The notes under the pieces were generated by a model. The model saw nothing but the letters and a program-made list of their open reading frames with translations. It was not told the origin of the DNA and searched no databases. Positions 1 to 10,011 of a DNA stretch of 64,000 nt are shown here, one piece after another; within the stretch, counting starts at the first letter, position 1; each line of letters starts with the position of its first letter. Position numbers and translations under genes: made by a program. The DNA is from an uncultured Bryobacteraceae bacterium (lineage in GTDB: Bacteria > Acidobacteriota > Terriglobia > Bryobacterales > Bryobacteraceae), in contig CAKZUE010000068.1 in assembly GCA_937920635.1 (NCBI GenBank), positions 7,999 to 71,998 of the forward strand. The letters run 5' to 3'.

Positions 1-204
1 TTCCTGTTGTCACCTGAGCGTGCAGGGCTGTTCCTGCGAACGCCAAAAGGATCAATGCGCACAACCATGTGCGCCAGATTACGATTCTCTCCATCAATCT
101 GCCCCTTTCTCAATCGCGCCGGTGTGATCAGCCGAGGGGTCTGACCCCGAGCCTCCGGCTGGCCATGTATCATATGCAAAGATCGGCGCGAGTGGAAGGG
201 TAGG

Positions 205-2832
205 GTGGGAGTTTTCTTGCTTTCCCTGGTGATTTTGGGGTTTGTCGTGGACCCCTCCGGCAGACCTGTGGCCGACGCCGTTATCCGGCTCCAGACTGCG
301 CAAACCGACATCGCCGTGCAGCGGACTGAAACGGATGGGACCTTCCGTTTCTCCGCCGCCCATTCGGGCGTCTTCCTCCTGCGGGTGGAGAAGGAAGGCT
401 TCGCCCCCTGGATCCGTCCCATCATTGTCGAACCCCGCAAGGAGACCCGCATCACGGCAGTGCTGGAAATCGGCGCGCGCGCCGAGCAGGTCACGGTTTC
501 CGCTGAAGCGGGTGAAGTCCTCGAGCCGCACCGCACGCCGCAGCGCCTCACGCTCATGAACCGCGCGGCTCTGGAAGCGCAGGCGGTGCGCACGCTCAGC
601 GAAGCAGCCACGGGCGAGCCAGGCGTCGCCGAGCAGCGCACCGCGCCCGCCATGGGCGCCGTCTTCGTGCGCGGGCTCACGGGCAAAAACGTCAGCGTGT
701 ATCGCGACGGTGTCCGCGTGACGACCTCGGCCCAGCGCGGCGGCGTCAGCACGTTTTTCAATCTCCTCGAACCCGAAACCATCGAGGGCGTGGAAATTCT
801 TCGCGGACCCAACAGCGCGCAATACGGCTCGGATTCCGTCGGCGGCGCCGTTCACCTGCTCAGCCGCGGCGCGTCGCTGGCGCCCTCGCGCTTCTTCACC
901 GCCTCGAGCGGCGTCTTCTTCGACTCGGCCACGCACGGATTCGGCAATCAGCTCTCGCCGATCCTCTCATCGCCCCGCTTCGCTGTGGCCGCGCACCTGG
1001 CCGCACGGCGCATCAACACCGCGCGCACGGGCGCAGGACTCGATTCTCACAGCGCCATCACGCGCTTCCTCGGCCTGCCCTCCACGATCTTCGCAGCGCG
1101 CTTGCCCGATACAGCCTTCACGCAATACGGCGGCAGTCTTCATGCGCAGGCGGTTCTCTCCGAGCAGCTCCGCCTCTCCCTTCAATACAGCCGCAGCCAG
1201 CAGGATGGCGCCAGGCGCTATGACCAGCTCCTGGGCGGAGACGGCAACCTGATCGCCGATCTGCGCAATCTTATGGCCGATTTCGGCTACATTCGGCTCC
1301 AGCATCTTTCGCCGCGCCTGTTTGACCGCGCCTCCGCCTCGCTCAGCTACAACGCGCAGCGCGAAGAGCGCGTCAATCAGGGCGGCAACGGAAACCCCGC
1401 GGCCTCCATCACGCACCAGTACGAGCGCATGGCCGTCTGGGGTCTGCAATGGAACGGCGAACGCCGCATCGGCGCCCATTCGCTGCACCTCGGCGGCGAA
1501 GGCTACCGCGAACGCACGCGCGCCCCCGCGTTTTCCTGGAGCCCTGTGACGGGCGTGACAACGCTCACTCGGCCGCGCATCCCGTCCGGCGCGCGTTATC
1601 TCAACTACGGCGTGTTCGTGCAGGACGCCTGGGAGCCGGAGCAGTTGCCCCGCCTCCGGCTCACGGGAGCGCTCCGCTTCGGCGGCTCGTCCTATCGGTC
1701 CCGCGCTTCTGAATCGCCGATCGTCAGCAGCCGCACGCTCTGGCCGGATGATTCCCTCGCGGCCAACGCTCTGTCGGGACGCGCCGGCGCCACCTTCCGT
1801 GCCGCCTCCATCGCCTGGCTGCACCTGAACTACGCGCGCGCTTTCCGCGCACCGTCCATCACCGACCTGGGCACGCTGGGCCTGCAAGGCAACGGCAGTT
1901 ATGAGGCGTCTTACTCCTCCATTGCCTCTCTTGGCGGCTTCATCGGTTCGGACGCCTCGCCGAATGCCGTATCCACGGGCCGCCCCGTCGAACCGCTCCG
2001 CCCCGAAGCCAGCGACAGCATCGACTACGGCCTTACCCTCCGCCACGACCGGTTCCGCCTCAGCCTGGATGCGTTCTGGTCGCGCCTGTCGAACACCATC
2101 GTCTCCCAGACTTTGATCCTTCCCCCAGGCGCTGCCGGTTTGCAGCTCGGCGACCAGATCATCTCCGCGCAGTTGCCCAGCGGCGCCGTTTTCGTGCCGG
2201 CGGCCACCAATCCCGTGCTCGTCCGCGCCAATTACGGCGGCGCGCGGATGCGCGGCCTCGAACAGATGTTCGAATGGCGCATCCATCCCGCGTGGCAGGT
2301 GCGCCAGACATGGACCTGGGTGCGCGCCGCCGATTCTCTCACCGGCGCTCCGCCGGATATCGAACCGGGCATCCCGGCGCCGCAGGGGCGCCTCTCGTTG
2401 CGCTACGCGCCGCCGCGCTTCCGTTGGTATGTGGAAGCCTACGCCGATGCCGCCCGCCGCCAGACGCGGCTTTCGTCGCTAGCTCTCTCCGACCGCCGCA
2501 TCGGCGCGGCGCGCTCGCGCTCGAGCATCGCCAGTTTCTTCACCCGCGGCGCGCGGGTGCGCGGGCTGACCGACGGGCGCGTTCTTCTGGCCACCGGCGA
2601 GACTATCGAGCAGGTGCAGCAGCGCGTGCTGGGCAGCGCCAGTTCCGCCCCCATGTTCATCGCCATTGCCGGCTACGCGGTGTTCGGCTTCCGCATCGGC
2701 GCGCCCCTCGGCGGGCGCACCGATCTGTTCGCCGATCTGTACAACCTCGGCGACCGTAATTACCGAGGCATCGGCTGGGGCATCGACGCGCTCGGCCGCG
2801 GCGCCACGCTCAAGCTGCGCCACCGCTTCTGA
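205..2832 (+). CDS. TonB-dependent outer-membrane receptor with N-terminal carboxypeptidase-regulatory-like domain
   Basis: 875-aa ORF. N-terminal beta-sandwich motif (VVDPSGRPVADAVIRLQ), plug-like segment (VFVRGLTGKNVSVYRDGVRV, EILRGPNSAQYGSDSVGGAV) and a barrel ending in LKLRHRF with a terminal aromatic residue. GTG start; the frame is closed by a stop at 142-144 and has no in-frame ATG upstream. Confidence 0.85.
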   Translation: MGVFLLSLVILGFVVDPSGRPVADAVIRLQTAQTDIAVQRTETDGTFRFSAAHSGVFLLRVEKEGFAPWIRPIIVEPRKETRITAVLEIGARAEQVTVSAEAGEVLEPHRTPQRLTLMNRAALEAQAVRTLSEAATGEPGVAEQRTAPAMGAVFVRGLTGKNVSVYRDGVRVTTSAQRGGVSTFFNLLEPETIEGVEILRGPNSAQYGSDSVGGAVHLLSRGASLAPSRFFTASSGVFFDSATHGFGNQLSPILSSPRFAVAAHLAARRINTARTGAGLDSHSAITRFLGLPSTIFAARLPDTAFTQYGGSLHAQAVLSEQLRLSLQYSRSQQDGARRYDQLLGGDGNLIADLRNLMADFGYIRLQHLSPRLFDRASASLSYNAQREERVNQGGNGNPAASITHQYERMAVWGLQWNGERRIGAHSLHLGGEGYRERTRAPAFSWSPVTGVTTLTRPRIPSGARYLNYGVFVQDAWEPEQLPRLRLTGALRFGGSSYRSRASESPIVSSRTLWPDDSLAANALSGRAGATFRAASIAWLHLNYARAFRAPSITDLGTLGLQGNGSYEASYSSIASLGGFIGSDASPNAVSTGRPVEPLRPEASDSIDYGLTLRHDRFRLSLDAFWSRLSNTIVSQTLILPPGAAGLQLGDQIISAQLPSGAVFVPAATNPVLVRANYGGARMRGLEQMFEWRIHPAWQVRQTWTWVRAADSLTGAPPDIEPGIPAPQGRLSLRYAPPRFRWYVEAYADAARRQTRLSSLALSDRRIGAARSRSSIASFFTRGARVRGLTDGRVLLATGETIEQVQQRVLGSASSAPMFIAIAGYAVFGFRIGAPLGGRTDLFADLYNLGDRNYRGIGWGIDALGRGATLKLRHRF

Positions 2833-2858
2833 CACCGGCATTCCATGCGTCCCCGACG

Positions 2859-2888
2859 CAAAAAAGGGGCAGCCGCGATGGGCTGCCC
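2859..2888 (-). terminator. Rho-independent terminator downstream of pgk
   Basis: 8-bp GC stem GGGCAGCC (2867-2874) / GGCTGCCC (2881-2888) with a 6-nt loop. On the minus strand it is followed by CTTTTTTG (complement of 2859-2866). A second 8-bp hairpin, CCGGGCGG/CCGCCCGG at 2902-2927, lies between it and the pgk stop. Confidence 0.6.
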
Positions 2889-2942
2889 TGTAGCCAGTGG
2901 ACCGGGCGGAGTCATGGCACCGCCCGGGAAGCTTGGTGAAAC

Positions 2943-4112
2943 TTACTTGTCCGTCAGCGCCGCCACGCCGGGCAGAACCAGACCGGACAGATACTCGAGC
3001 GATGCCCCGCCGCCAGTGGAGATATGGCTGATCTTGTCCGCCACGCCAGCCGACTTTACAGCTTTCTCGCTGTCGCCGCCGCCGACCACCGACAGCGCGC
3101 CGCTCTCCGCCACCGCCTTGGCCACAGCCACCGTGCCAGCGTCGAACGGCTTCTTCTCGAACACGCCCATCGGTCCGTTCCAGATGATCGTCTTCGCGCC
3201 GCGGATCACTTCCGCGTAGGCTTCGCGCGTCCTCGGGCCGATATCGAGGCCCATCCTGCCATCCGGGATCTCTTCGACCACTTCACACGGCGCGTTTTCT
3301 TCGAGCACTTCCGCCACTACATGGTCGCAGGGCAGCAGGATGCGGTCGCCCGCCTTCTCGAGCAGCCCTTTGGCCAGCTCGACTTTGTCCTCCTCCACCA
3401 GGCTCTTGCCAGTGGGCTTGCCCTGAGCCTTGAGAAACGTGTAAGCCATCGCGCCCCCGATCATCAGCCGGTCGGCGAATTTCAGCAGATTTTCGATCAC
3501 CTCGATCTTGTCGGAAACCTTTGCGCCGCCCAGAATGCCCACGCAGGGCCGTTCCGGATTGGCCGTGCATTTCTCCAGATATTCGAGCTCCTTTTCCATC
3601 AGCAGCCCGGCGGCGGCAGGCTTGAGGAACTCGATGATGCCCACCGTGGAAGCGTGGGCGCGGTGCGCCGTGCCGAAGGCGTCGTTCACATAGACGTCGC
3701 CGAGCCGCGCCAGCTTCTTCGAAAACTCGGGATCGTTCTTTTCTTCCTCGGCGTGGAAACGCAGGTTTTCGAGCAGCAATACTTCGCCCGGCTTCGGCAG
3801 CATCTTTTCCACTTCCTCGCCGATGCAGTCCGGCGCCATGGCCACCGGCTTGCCGAGCAGCTCGCTCAGCCGCTGCGCGACGGGCTTCAGGCTCATCTCG
3901 GGATTGGGCTTGCCCTTCGGACGCCCCAGATGCGACGCCAGCACCAGCGCCGCTCCCTTTTCCAGCGCATACTGAATCGTCGGCAGCGCCGCCCGGATCC
4001 GCTTGTCGGAGGTAATTTCCTGCCCGCCCGGCGCCAGCGGCACGTTGAAATCCACGCGCATGAACACACGTTTGCCTTGAAGGTCAAGATCGCGAATCGA
4101 GAGTTTTGGCAT
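2943..4112 (-). CDS. pgk: phosphoglycerate kinase
   Basis: 389-aa ORF collinear with Pgk over its full length: [55 protein letters not shown]. Confidence 0.97.
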   Translation of the reverse strand: MPKLSIRDLDLQGKRVFMRVDFNVPLAPGGQEITSDKRIRAALPTIQYALEKGAALVLASHLGRPKGKPNPEMSLKPVAQRLSELLGKPVAMAPDCIGEEVEKMLPKPGEVLLLENLRFHAEEEKNDPEFSKKLARLGDVYVNDAFGTAHRAHASTVGIIEFLKPAAAGLLMEKELEYLEKCTANPERPCVGILGGAKVSDKIEVIENLLKFADRLMIGGAMAYTFLKAQGKPTGKSLVEEDKVELAKGLLEKAGDRILLPCDHVVAEVLEENAPCEVVEEIPDGRMGLDIGPRTREAYAEVIRGAKTIIWNGPMGVFEKKPFDAGTVAVAKAVAESGALSVVGGGDSEKAVKSAGVADKISHISTGGGASLEYLSGLVLPGVAALTDK

Positions 4113-4133
4113 AGGATGAGGCCCTCATCCCAG

Positions 4134-4142
4134 ATGGTAACA
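4134..4142 (-). promoter_or_regulatory. candidate extended -10 (TGTTACCAT) upstream of pgk
   Basis: The minus strand reads TGT-TACCAT, 21 nt upstream of the pgk ATG (4112). The same TGnTACCAT motif recurs upstream of nth, prfB and the ThiF-like gene. Confidence 0.35.
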
Positions 4143-4165
4143 TCCGGAATCGGCCCGCCGCCGTC

Positions 4166-5116
4166 TCATTTCTCCACCGGCGCGCCCTTCAGCTCCACCG
4201 CGAGCCCGGCGGCTCTGTAGGCTTCCAGCAACGCTCCCGCCGCCGGTCCGAACAGCGGCGCATGCACCTGCGTGTTGCCGCCGCGTTCCACGCGCTTCCG
4301 GTATTCCTCGTACAGACGCTCGCACTTGAACACGCCGCCGATCGGCGCCGCCCGCACCTGATCCTGAGGGGTGAACACCTGCATCCGCGCCGCCATGGTC
4401 AGCCCGGCGAGATGCTGGGCTGCTTCCATCAGGATGTCCGCCGCCACATCGTCGCCCTCATCCGCTGCCTGCTCCACCACGCGCGACAGCTCCGCAATGC
4501 GCGGGCGCGGGTAGTCGGGCGTGTAGAACCGATGCAGCAGATCGTTGGCATCGCGCGCGCCCGTCGCCTCCAGCAGCTTCTGCCGCAGCGAGGTCGGCGG
4601 TCCCCACCCCTCTTCCATGCGCAGCGCCGCGCGCAGCGCCTGGCGCGTCAGATCGAAGCCGCCGCCTTCATCCCCAAAGATGAAGCCCCACCCGCCGGCG
4701 CGCGCGAACTTGCCCTCCGCGTTGCGGGCGAACGCAATCGAGCCCGTGCCCGCAATGGTGATGATGCCCGGCTGCCCGCCATGCGCGCCCGTGAGCGCGA
4801 TCCAGGCGTCATGCGTCACGATGCGCTTCTTCAAGCGGAACATCTCCGCGATCAGCGCGTCCTTGTCCGCGGGACCGCCCGAGAATCCGAAACAGCCCGC
4901 TTCGAACTCCACTTCGCTCAACGCGAGTCCCGCCTCTTCCGCCGCCAGTTTCACCGAGCCGCCGATCGCCGTGCGGAACTTCTCCCGCGCCTGATCCCCC
5001 GAGACGTGATTGCATGGTCCCCCGCGCCCCTGCCCGAGAACCTGGCCTGTCTCATCTCCGATCAGCGCCGTCGTCGACGACTGCCCGCCATCCACGCCAA
5101 GAAAATACTTCGGCAT
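4166..5116 (-). CDS. BadF/BadG/BcrA/BcrD-type ATPase (N-acetylglucosamine kinase-like)
   Basis: 316-aa ORF. ASKHA-fold phosphate-1 motif FLGVDGGQSSTTALIGD and ITIAGTGS. Lies 4 nt downstream of the preceding gene. Confidence 0.8.
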   Translation of the reverse strand: MPKYFLGVDGGQSSTTALIGDETGQVLGQGRGGPCNHVSGDQAREKFRTAIGGSVKLAAEEAGLALSEVEFEAGCFGFSGGPADKDALIAEMFRLKKRIVTHDAWIALTGAHGGQPGIITIAGTGSIAFARNAEGKFARAGGWGFIFGDEGGGFDLTRQALRAALRMEEGWGPPTSLRQKLLEATGARDANDLLHRFYTPDYPRPRIAELSRVVEQAADEGDDVAADILMEAAQHLAGLTMAARMQVFTPQDQVRAAPIGGVFKCERLYEEYRKRVERGGNTQVHAPLFGPAAGALLEAYRAAGLAVELKGAPVEK

Positions 5117-5120
5117 GTCT

Positions 5121-7313
5121 CTATTCCAACTGAAACAGATGATAAGCGTCCACTGATCCGATCTCGCGGATTCCCCACGCCCGCGCGTTGCGGGAAAGAT
5201 CCGGCCACGCGTAGTCGTTCTCGTGAATCAGCAGGTGCGTGACGCCGCCCCGCCTCATCTCCTGCATTGACAGGCGCCGCAGCGTCAGCGGCACGGGAGA
5301 TCTGCGCTTCGCGGGTTCGCCGGTCAGTTGCCGCCATGCGCCGCCCGGAGTCTTCCCCTCCACACGCATCTGCACCCCATACTGGTCTTCGCTCATCAGC
5401 AGCCTGACCTCGTCGGCTCTCTGCGAATCTCCGAACTCCGCCTGCAAGAACATTCCTGCCCGGATCCGTTCCCACGACCGCCACCGCGTCGCCGGCGAGC
5501 CGTCGAAGGCGAGCCCTGCGCCCCACGGGTTGGGTTGCGCCCACACCCGCCAGACGGGCTTCCGCTCCACCTCGCCTCCATGGATGAAGACCCGCATTTC
5601 AAAGACGCTCCAGAGATCTTTCTCCCACTCATCCCCGCGCCGCGGCGTGTTCGTCTGCACCACCCGCACGGCTTCCAGTTCCTGCTCCGGAAAGCGAAAC
5701 ACCGCCTCTACTTTGGGGCGCATGCCATCGAACAGCGCCACCTGAAGCAGGTCCAGCAGCCGCTCGTTGCGCCCGCTCTGAAAACCCACGGCCACCTCGC
5801 GCGACGTGTAGCTCTCCGGAATTCCGCCGAAGGTGAGCACCAGCGCCTCCGGCGGCGTCAACGCCTCGATCAGACGCGCCGCCTGATACCCCGCCGACTG
5901 CCGCGCCAGCCACTGCGTCTCGTCCTCCAGCCGCAACGCTGCCCGCCAGGGAATCTTCGAGACCCGCCATCCGGGCTCGCTCATGTACTTCTGCGGCATG
6001 TCCGGGAACCCCGCTACGGCGTGCGCCGCGGCGAGCACGGGCAACACCGGCGCCGGCAGCCCCAGCGCCATCGAGTAGCTGACAAACGGCGCCGCGGGCA
6101 TCAGGAAACGCGCGCCAATATTGGCGAAATATGTGGATCCGAACAGCGCGGCAGCCAGCACCATACGCCGTCCCAGCGGGCGCCGCAGCGCCAGCAGCCC
6201 TGCCGGCGCCAGCAGAAACAACGGTCCCCAGAACCCTCCCAGCAGCCGCCCTTTCACCGTCAGCTCCAGCGGCAACTGCGCGTAGGACTCCACCTCAGGA
6301 TAACGGCGCATAAGCTCCACATAGTCCTGCTCGAAACTGACATGGACGAACTCGTTGGGCCAGAGGCGGTTCAGCAGCGGCGCCGCAGGGTTGCCGTAAT
6401 AGAGCCAGTTGCGCATTGGCCACGGCGCGGCAGCCAGCGCCGCCACTGCGCACACGATCGCCGCTCCGCGACATTGCCTGCGTAGCAGGAGCTTCCCCAG
6501 CGGATAGACCAGCGCCACCGCCGCCGTGTATTTCAGCGCATACGCGAACCCGCCCATCAGTCCGATCAGCCACGGCGGCGCCTCGCGCTCCGTCAGATAC
6601 ACCACCGCGAACACCACGCACGCGACCGCGGCGTCGGTGTACGCGCTCGCGCCGTCGACAAGCGCCACCGGCGCGCACAGGAAGAACAGACCCGCCGCTG
6701 CTCCCGCCGCCGGCACGCCAGACCTCTGCCCAAAGCGCAGCATCAGCAGCGGTGTAGCCAGATAGAACGCGCAGTGCACCATCGCCGCCGCCGAGTGCCG
6801 TCCGAAAGCGAACGCCCACAGAAACAGCATCTCCAGCCCCTGCGAGAGCGCCGCATACATGTTCGTGTCGACCCGCGCAAAGCCGTGCTCACGGTAGTAG
6901 CGCGACACCAGGCCCAGATGATATCCGCTGCCGTCCGGGCTGATCTCCGGCGCCATCGCGACGATCAGCGCTATCAACCCGTACACCGCGAAGACCGTCC
7001 AAAACAGCCATTTCCACAGCCGCGGCAGCGCGGGGAGCCGCTCCGCCGTGGACCTCCGGAAAGCGCCGTCTTTCCATGCCGCGGCCATGATCAGCACGCC
7101 CGCCAGCAGCAGCGTGGCGTCGTACACCACCCGCACCGCGCACATTGCCGTGACCAGCAGGCTCAACAGCGGCGCGCCACACACAAACGCCAGCAGATGC
7201 TCTTCTTCACGAGCCAGCCCGAAGCGCGCCCGCTTCAACAGCATGCGCCCCAGCGCCCAGGCGCAAATCACCGCGAAGCCTGCCCCGAACAGCACCGACA
7301 GCGCCTTCGGCAT
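5121..7313 (-). CDS. polytopic membrane protein (GT-C/PMT-like N-terminus) with C-terminal discoidin (F5/8 type C)-like domain
   Basis: 730-aa ORF. The first ~430 aa form many hydrophobic helices resembling ArnT/PMT-type glycosyltransferases. The C-terminus has NPWGAGLAFDGSPATRWRSWERIRAGMFLQAEFG, typical of discoidin carbohydrate-binding modules. Confidence 0.6.
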   Translation of the reverse strand: MPKALSVLFGAGFAVICAWALGRMLLKRARFGLAREEEHLLAFVCGAPLLSLLVTAMCAVRVVYDATLLLAGVLIMAAAWKDGAFRRSTAERLPALPRLWKWLFWTVFAVYGLIALIVAMAPEISPDGSGYHLGLVSRYYREHGFARVDTNMYAALSQGLEMLFLWAFAFGRHSAAAMVHCAFYLATPLLMLRFGQRSGVPAAGAAAGLFFLCAPVALVDGASAYTDAAVACVVFAVVYLTEREAPPWLIGLMGGFAYALKYTAAVALVYPLGKLLLRRQCRGAAIVCAVAALAAAPWPMRNWLYYGNPAAPLLNRLWPNEFVHVSFEQDYVELMRRYPEVESYAQLPLELTVKGRLLGGFWGPLFLLAPAGLLALRRPLGRRMVLAAALFGSTYFANIGARFLMPAAPFVSYSMALGLPAPVLPVLAAAHAVAGFPDMPQKYMSEPGWRVSKIPWRAALRLEDETQWLARQSAGYQAARLIEALTPPEALVLTFGGIPESYTSREVAVGFQSGRNERLLDLLQVALFDGMRPKVEAVFRFPEQELEAVRVVQTNTPRRGDEWEKDLWSVFEMRVFIHGGEVERKPVWRVWAQPNPWGAGLAFDGSPATRWRSWERIRAGMFLQAEFGDSQRADEVRLLMSEDQYGVQMRVEGKTPGGAWRQLTGEPAKRRSPVPLTLRRLSMQEMRRGGVTHLLIHENDYAWPDLSRNARAWGIREIGSVDAYHLFQLE

Positions 7314-7322
7314 CGCCTCCCC

Positions 7323-7832
7323 TTACAGCGTGAACCCCGCGCCGATCAAGATGTAGCCGCGCTTTTCGCGACCCTGGAGCCACTCGGCGTCGGCTTTCAG
7401 TTCCACCCTGATGTCACGTCCCGGCGCGAGCCACTCCTCGGGCACAGGATGTTTCCATGCCTGATAGCCCGCCTGATTGGCGGGAATCGAGCCCAGCGGC
7501 TTTCTGTCGATCAGAACGTCGATCCGGCTCCCTCCCGCCCGCACGAATTCTTCGGTCACTGTGAGCACCACCTCGAACTGAATCCCCTGTGATTCCTCCA
7601 CGGAATATCGCAGCTCAGCATCTTTGCCCGCCCAGCGCCAGTCGTCGTGAATCTCTGTGTCGATCCCCGCCACGATGCGCTCGTCCGCAGACCGCTCCCT
7701 CATCAAGGCGTAGTGGAGAAGCGGACGCTGCGGCTGCGCCCGTTGTGCGGGCGGCGGCGAGGGGTCCGGCAGTCTCGCGCAGGCGGCGAGCGCCGCCAAA
7801 GACGCGGTGACAAGCCAGTGCGCCCGTTTCAC
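7323..7832 (-). CDS. hypothetical lipoprotein
   Basis: A GTG at 7832 overlaps the nth stop (GTGA). The N-terminus VKRAHWLVTASLAALAACARL carries a lipobox (LAAC). I recognise no family. The longer 209-aa ORF version would overlap nth by about 120 nt. Confidence 0.55.
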   Translation of the reverse strand: MKRAHWLVTASLAALAACARLPDPSPPPAQRAQPQRPLLHYALMRERSADERIVAGIDTEIHDDWRWAGKDAELRYSVEESQGIQFEVVLTVTEEFVRAGGSRIDVLIDRKPLGSIPANQAGYQAWKHPVPEEWLAPGRDIRVELKADAEWLQGREKRGYILIGAGFTL

Positions 7833-8572
7833 GGCAGGTTCTTGTCCGGCGCGCGGCAGATGGATTCGAGCGGGCACCGCCCGCATTCCGGTTTCCGCGC
7901 CTTGCAGATGTCCCGGCCGAAATGGATCACCTGATGGGAGAAAAGAATCCACCGCTCCTGCGGCAGGGTTCGCATCAGGTCCTGCTCGATCTTTTCCGGC
8001 GCCTTTTGCCGCGTCAGTTCCAGCCGTTGCGCGATCCGTGTCACGTGGGTGTCCACCACCACGCCGCTGGGGATGCCGAAGGCCGTGCCCAGCACCACGT
8101 TGGCTGTCTTCCGCGCCGCCCCCGGCACCGTGAGCAGTTTCTCCATTTCGCGCGGCACTTCGCCGCCGAAATCCGAAACGATTTTCTTCGCCGCGCCGAC
8201 GATATTTTTCGCTTTATTATTGAAAAATCCCGTCGAACGGACGATTTCGGCGACCTCGGCCACATCGGCCTTCGCCATCGCCTCGGGCGACGGGAACCGG
8301 GCGAACAGCCGCGGCGTCACCATGTTGACCCGCTCGTCCGTGCATTGCGCGGAAAGGATGGTCGCCACCAGAAGCTCCCACGCGTTGCGGTGATGAAGCG
8401 CGCAGGTGGCGGTTGGGTAGAGCCGGTCCAGGGCCTTCAGGATAGCGTCCACACGCGCGGCGTCCGGCGCCGCCCGGCGGTTCGCGCCGCCTGCCCTTTT
8501 CCGCGCGGCGGCGGCCTTTTTCGGCTGAGGCTGTTTTTTCGCGGCCTTTCGCGGCGCCCGTGCTTTCGCCAT
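7829..8572 (-). CDS. nth: endonuclease III (DNA glycosylase/AP lyase) with Lys/Ala-rich N-terminal tail
   Basis: ILSAQCTDERVN helix-hairpin-helix region and the FeS loop CKARKPECGRCPLESIC (C-x6-C-x2-C-x5-C). Confidence 0.93.
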   Translation of the reverse strand: MAKARAPRKAAKKQPQPKKAAAARKRAGGANRRAAPDAARVDAILKALDRLYPTATCALHHRNAWELLVATILSAQCTDERVNMVTPRLFARFPSPEAMAKADVAEVAEIVRSTGFFNNKAKNIVGAAKKIVSDFGGEVPREMEKLLTVPGAARKTANVVLGTAFGIPSGVVVDTHVTRIAQRLELTRQKAPEKIEQDLMRTLPQERWILFSHQVIHFGRDICKARKPECGRCPLESICRAPDKNLP

Positions 8573-8595
8573 GCAATCCTCGCTGCCGAACTAAC

Positions 8596-8604
8596 ATGGT
8601 AGCA
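8596..8604 (-). promoter_or_regulatory. candidate extended -10 (TGCTACCAT) upstream of nth
   Basis: The minus strand reads TGC-TACCAT, 23 nt upstream of the nth ATG (8572), with GAGGA as a Shine-Dalgarno in between. Its CAT is the complement of the ATG of the divergent gene at 8596. Confidence 0.4.
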
Positions 8605-10011
8605 TTGCGTCTCCAGACCGCCGCTGCCTTGCTGGCCCTTGCCGCGTTTCTGCCGCTGCTCGGCATTCCCGCGCCGCCGCTGCCGGACACTCCCCCTGTG
8701 CTGCCGTGGACGAGCCGTCCTGGCGCCGCAGGGCTGCTATGGCTGGCTCACACGGCGGAGATCCCGCCTTGGGTGTCCGCCGCCTCGGCCATGGCGTTGC
8801 ACGCCGCCAACAGCGCCCTGCTTGCCGCGCTGCTGCCGGCGCTGTTCACCCCCCGCGCCGCCGCGCTCGCCGCGCTGATCTACGCCGCGCATCCGCTTCA
8901 GGCCGATACGCTCGCCCTGCCATTTCTAGCCGCCACACTGCCGGCCAGCACGCTCGCGCTGTCAGCGGCGCTCGCGTTTCTGCGCCACCATAGGCTGGCG
9001 GGCGCAGGGCTCGCTCTTGCCGCCCTGTCATTTGAGCCCGCGGCAGCGGCCATGGCGCCGGTTCTGCTTCTGCTGGCGGGAAAGGACGCCGGAGGTAAGA
9101 CGCTCTCCTGGCTCACGGCGGCGGGCGGCGCCGCCTGGCTGGCGGCGCTGCGCGCTTCGTGGCCTCATCTGACAGGCGAATGGCCGTGGTTCGGCGTCTT
9201 CGCTCTTCGGGCTGTCTTCCTCGCTCTGTTCCCGCTTGCCCTGACGCCTGCGCCGGATCTGCGCGTGGAGCCTGCTCAGGCGCTGCTCGCCGTCGCGGCG
9301 GTCGCCATTGTCGGATGGATGGCTTGGACCGCGGGGCGGCGCCACGCTCTTGGCGCGTGGTTTCTGGCCGGCATCGGTCTGCTGGCTTCCGTGTATTGTC
9401 TTCCGGCAGATGGCGGCGCGCGCAGCCTGGCGCTGCCGCTTGCCGCGCTGGCCGCTTTCGCCGCCCTGATTCTCGAACAGGCTGACTGGCGGTTGTCGGC
9501 CATCTACATTGCCGCGCTCGTCTTGCTCTCGTTCTCCTACGCGCGTCTCTGGCGGGATCCCGTCGCGATTGGCATGGAAGCCGTGCGCCTCGCCCCGCGC
9601 CTCGCTGCGCCCGCGCTCGCGCTCGCTCCACGGCTGCCACCGGCGCAGGCGCTGGAGTTGATCCTGGAGGCGCGCCGTCACGCGCCGCCGCAGCCGGAGC
9701 TCGCCACCGCGTACGGCCGCGCTCTGCTGCGCGCCCAGCGCCCGAACGAGGCCCTCGCCGAGTTCGACACGGCTCTGGAAATGAATCCGCGCGACTCTGC
9801 CGCGCTCGCCGGGCGCGCGGCGGCGTGGCTCGCGTTGAATCAGCCTGAGGCTGCGCGCGCCGATCTCGTGCGCGCGCTTGCCATCGAACCCTGCTCCGTG
9901 CGGGCGCGCGCCACGCTGGCGCAGCTTGGCGGGCCGCTGCCTCCCGATTCTCGGTGCGCGTGGACGAGCGCCCAGCGGCGCGCCCTGGCAGCCATCACTT
10001 CGAGTCGATGA
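8596..10011 (+). CDS. polytopic membrane protein with C-terminal TPR repeats
   Basis: The first ~330 aa are Ala/Leu-rich multi-helix membrane segments. The C-terminus has TPR-like repeats (AYGRALLRAQRPNEALAEFDTALEMNPRDSAALAGRAAAWLALNQPEAARADLVRALAIEP). I chose the start at the internal ATG (MVALRLQ). Confidence 0.6.
   Translation: MVALRLQTAAALLALAAFLPLLGIPAPPLPDTPPVLPWTSRPGAAGLLWLAHTAEIPPWVSAASAMALHAANSALLAALLPALFTPRAAALAALIYAAHPLQADTLALPFLAATLPASTLALSAALAFLRHHRLAGAGLALAALSFEPAAAAMAPVLLLLAGKDAGGKTLSWLTAAGGAAWLAALRASWPHLTGEWPWFGVFALRAVFLALFPLALTPAPDLRVEPAQALLAVAAVAIVGWMAWTAGRRHALGAWFLAGIGLLASVYCLPADGGARSLALPLAALAAFAALILEQADWRLSAIYIAALVLLSFSYARLWRDPVAIGMEAVRLAPRLAAPALALAPRLPPAQALELILEARRHAPPQPELATAYGRALLRAQRPNEALAEFDTALEMNPRDSAALAGRAAAWLALNQPEAARADLVRALAIEPCSVRARATLAQLGGPLPPDSRCAWTSAQRRALAAITSSR

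Noticed and set aside
1-204. A possible riboswitch (for example cobalamin) or other leader RNA upstream of the TonB-dependent receptor. Hairpins are present at about 56-73 (GCGCACA-ACCA-TGTGCGC) and about 136-148 (GGGGT-CTG-ACCCC).
   Set aside because: I could not find a B12-box or any other conserved riboswitch core by eye. The window starts inside this region, so the element, if any, is truncated. The hairpins may simply terminate an upstream gene. A covariance-model scan (Rfam/Infernal) would be needed.
4114-4130. A 7-bp hairpin (GGATGAG-GCC-CTCATCC) ending 1 nt before the pgk start codon and covering its GAGG Shine-Dalgarno. It could be an RBS-sequestering regulatory structure.
   Set aside because: If the TGTTACCAT box at 4134-4142 is the pgk promoter, transcription would start inside the hairpin and the structure could not form. 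It would exist only on read-through transcripts from the upstream gene. With no further evidence I treat it as incidental.
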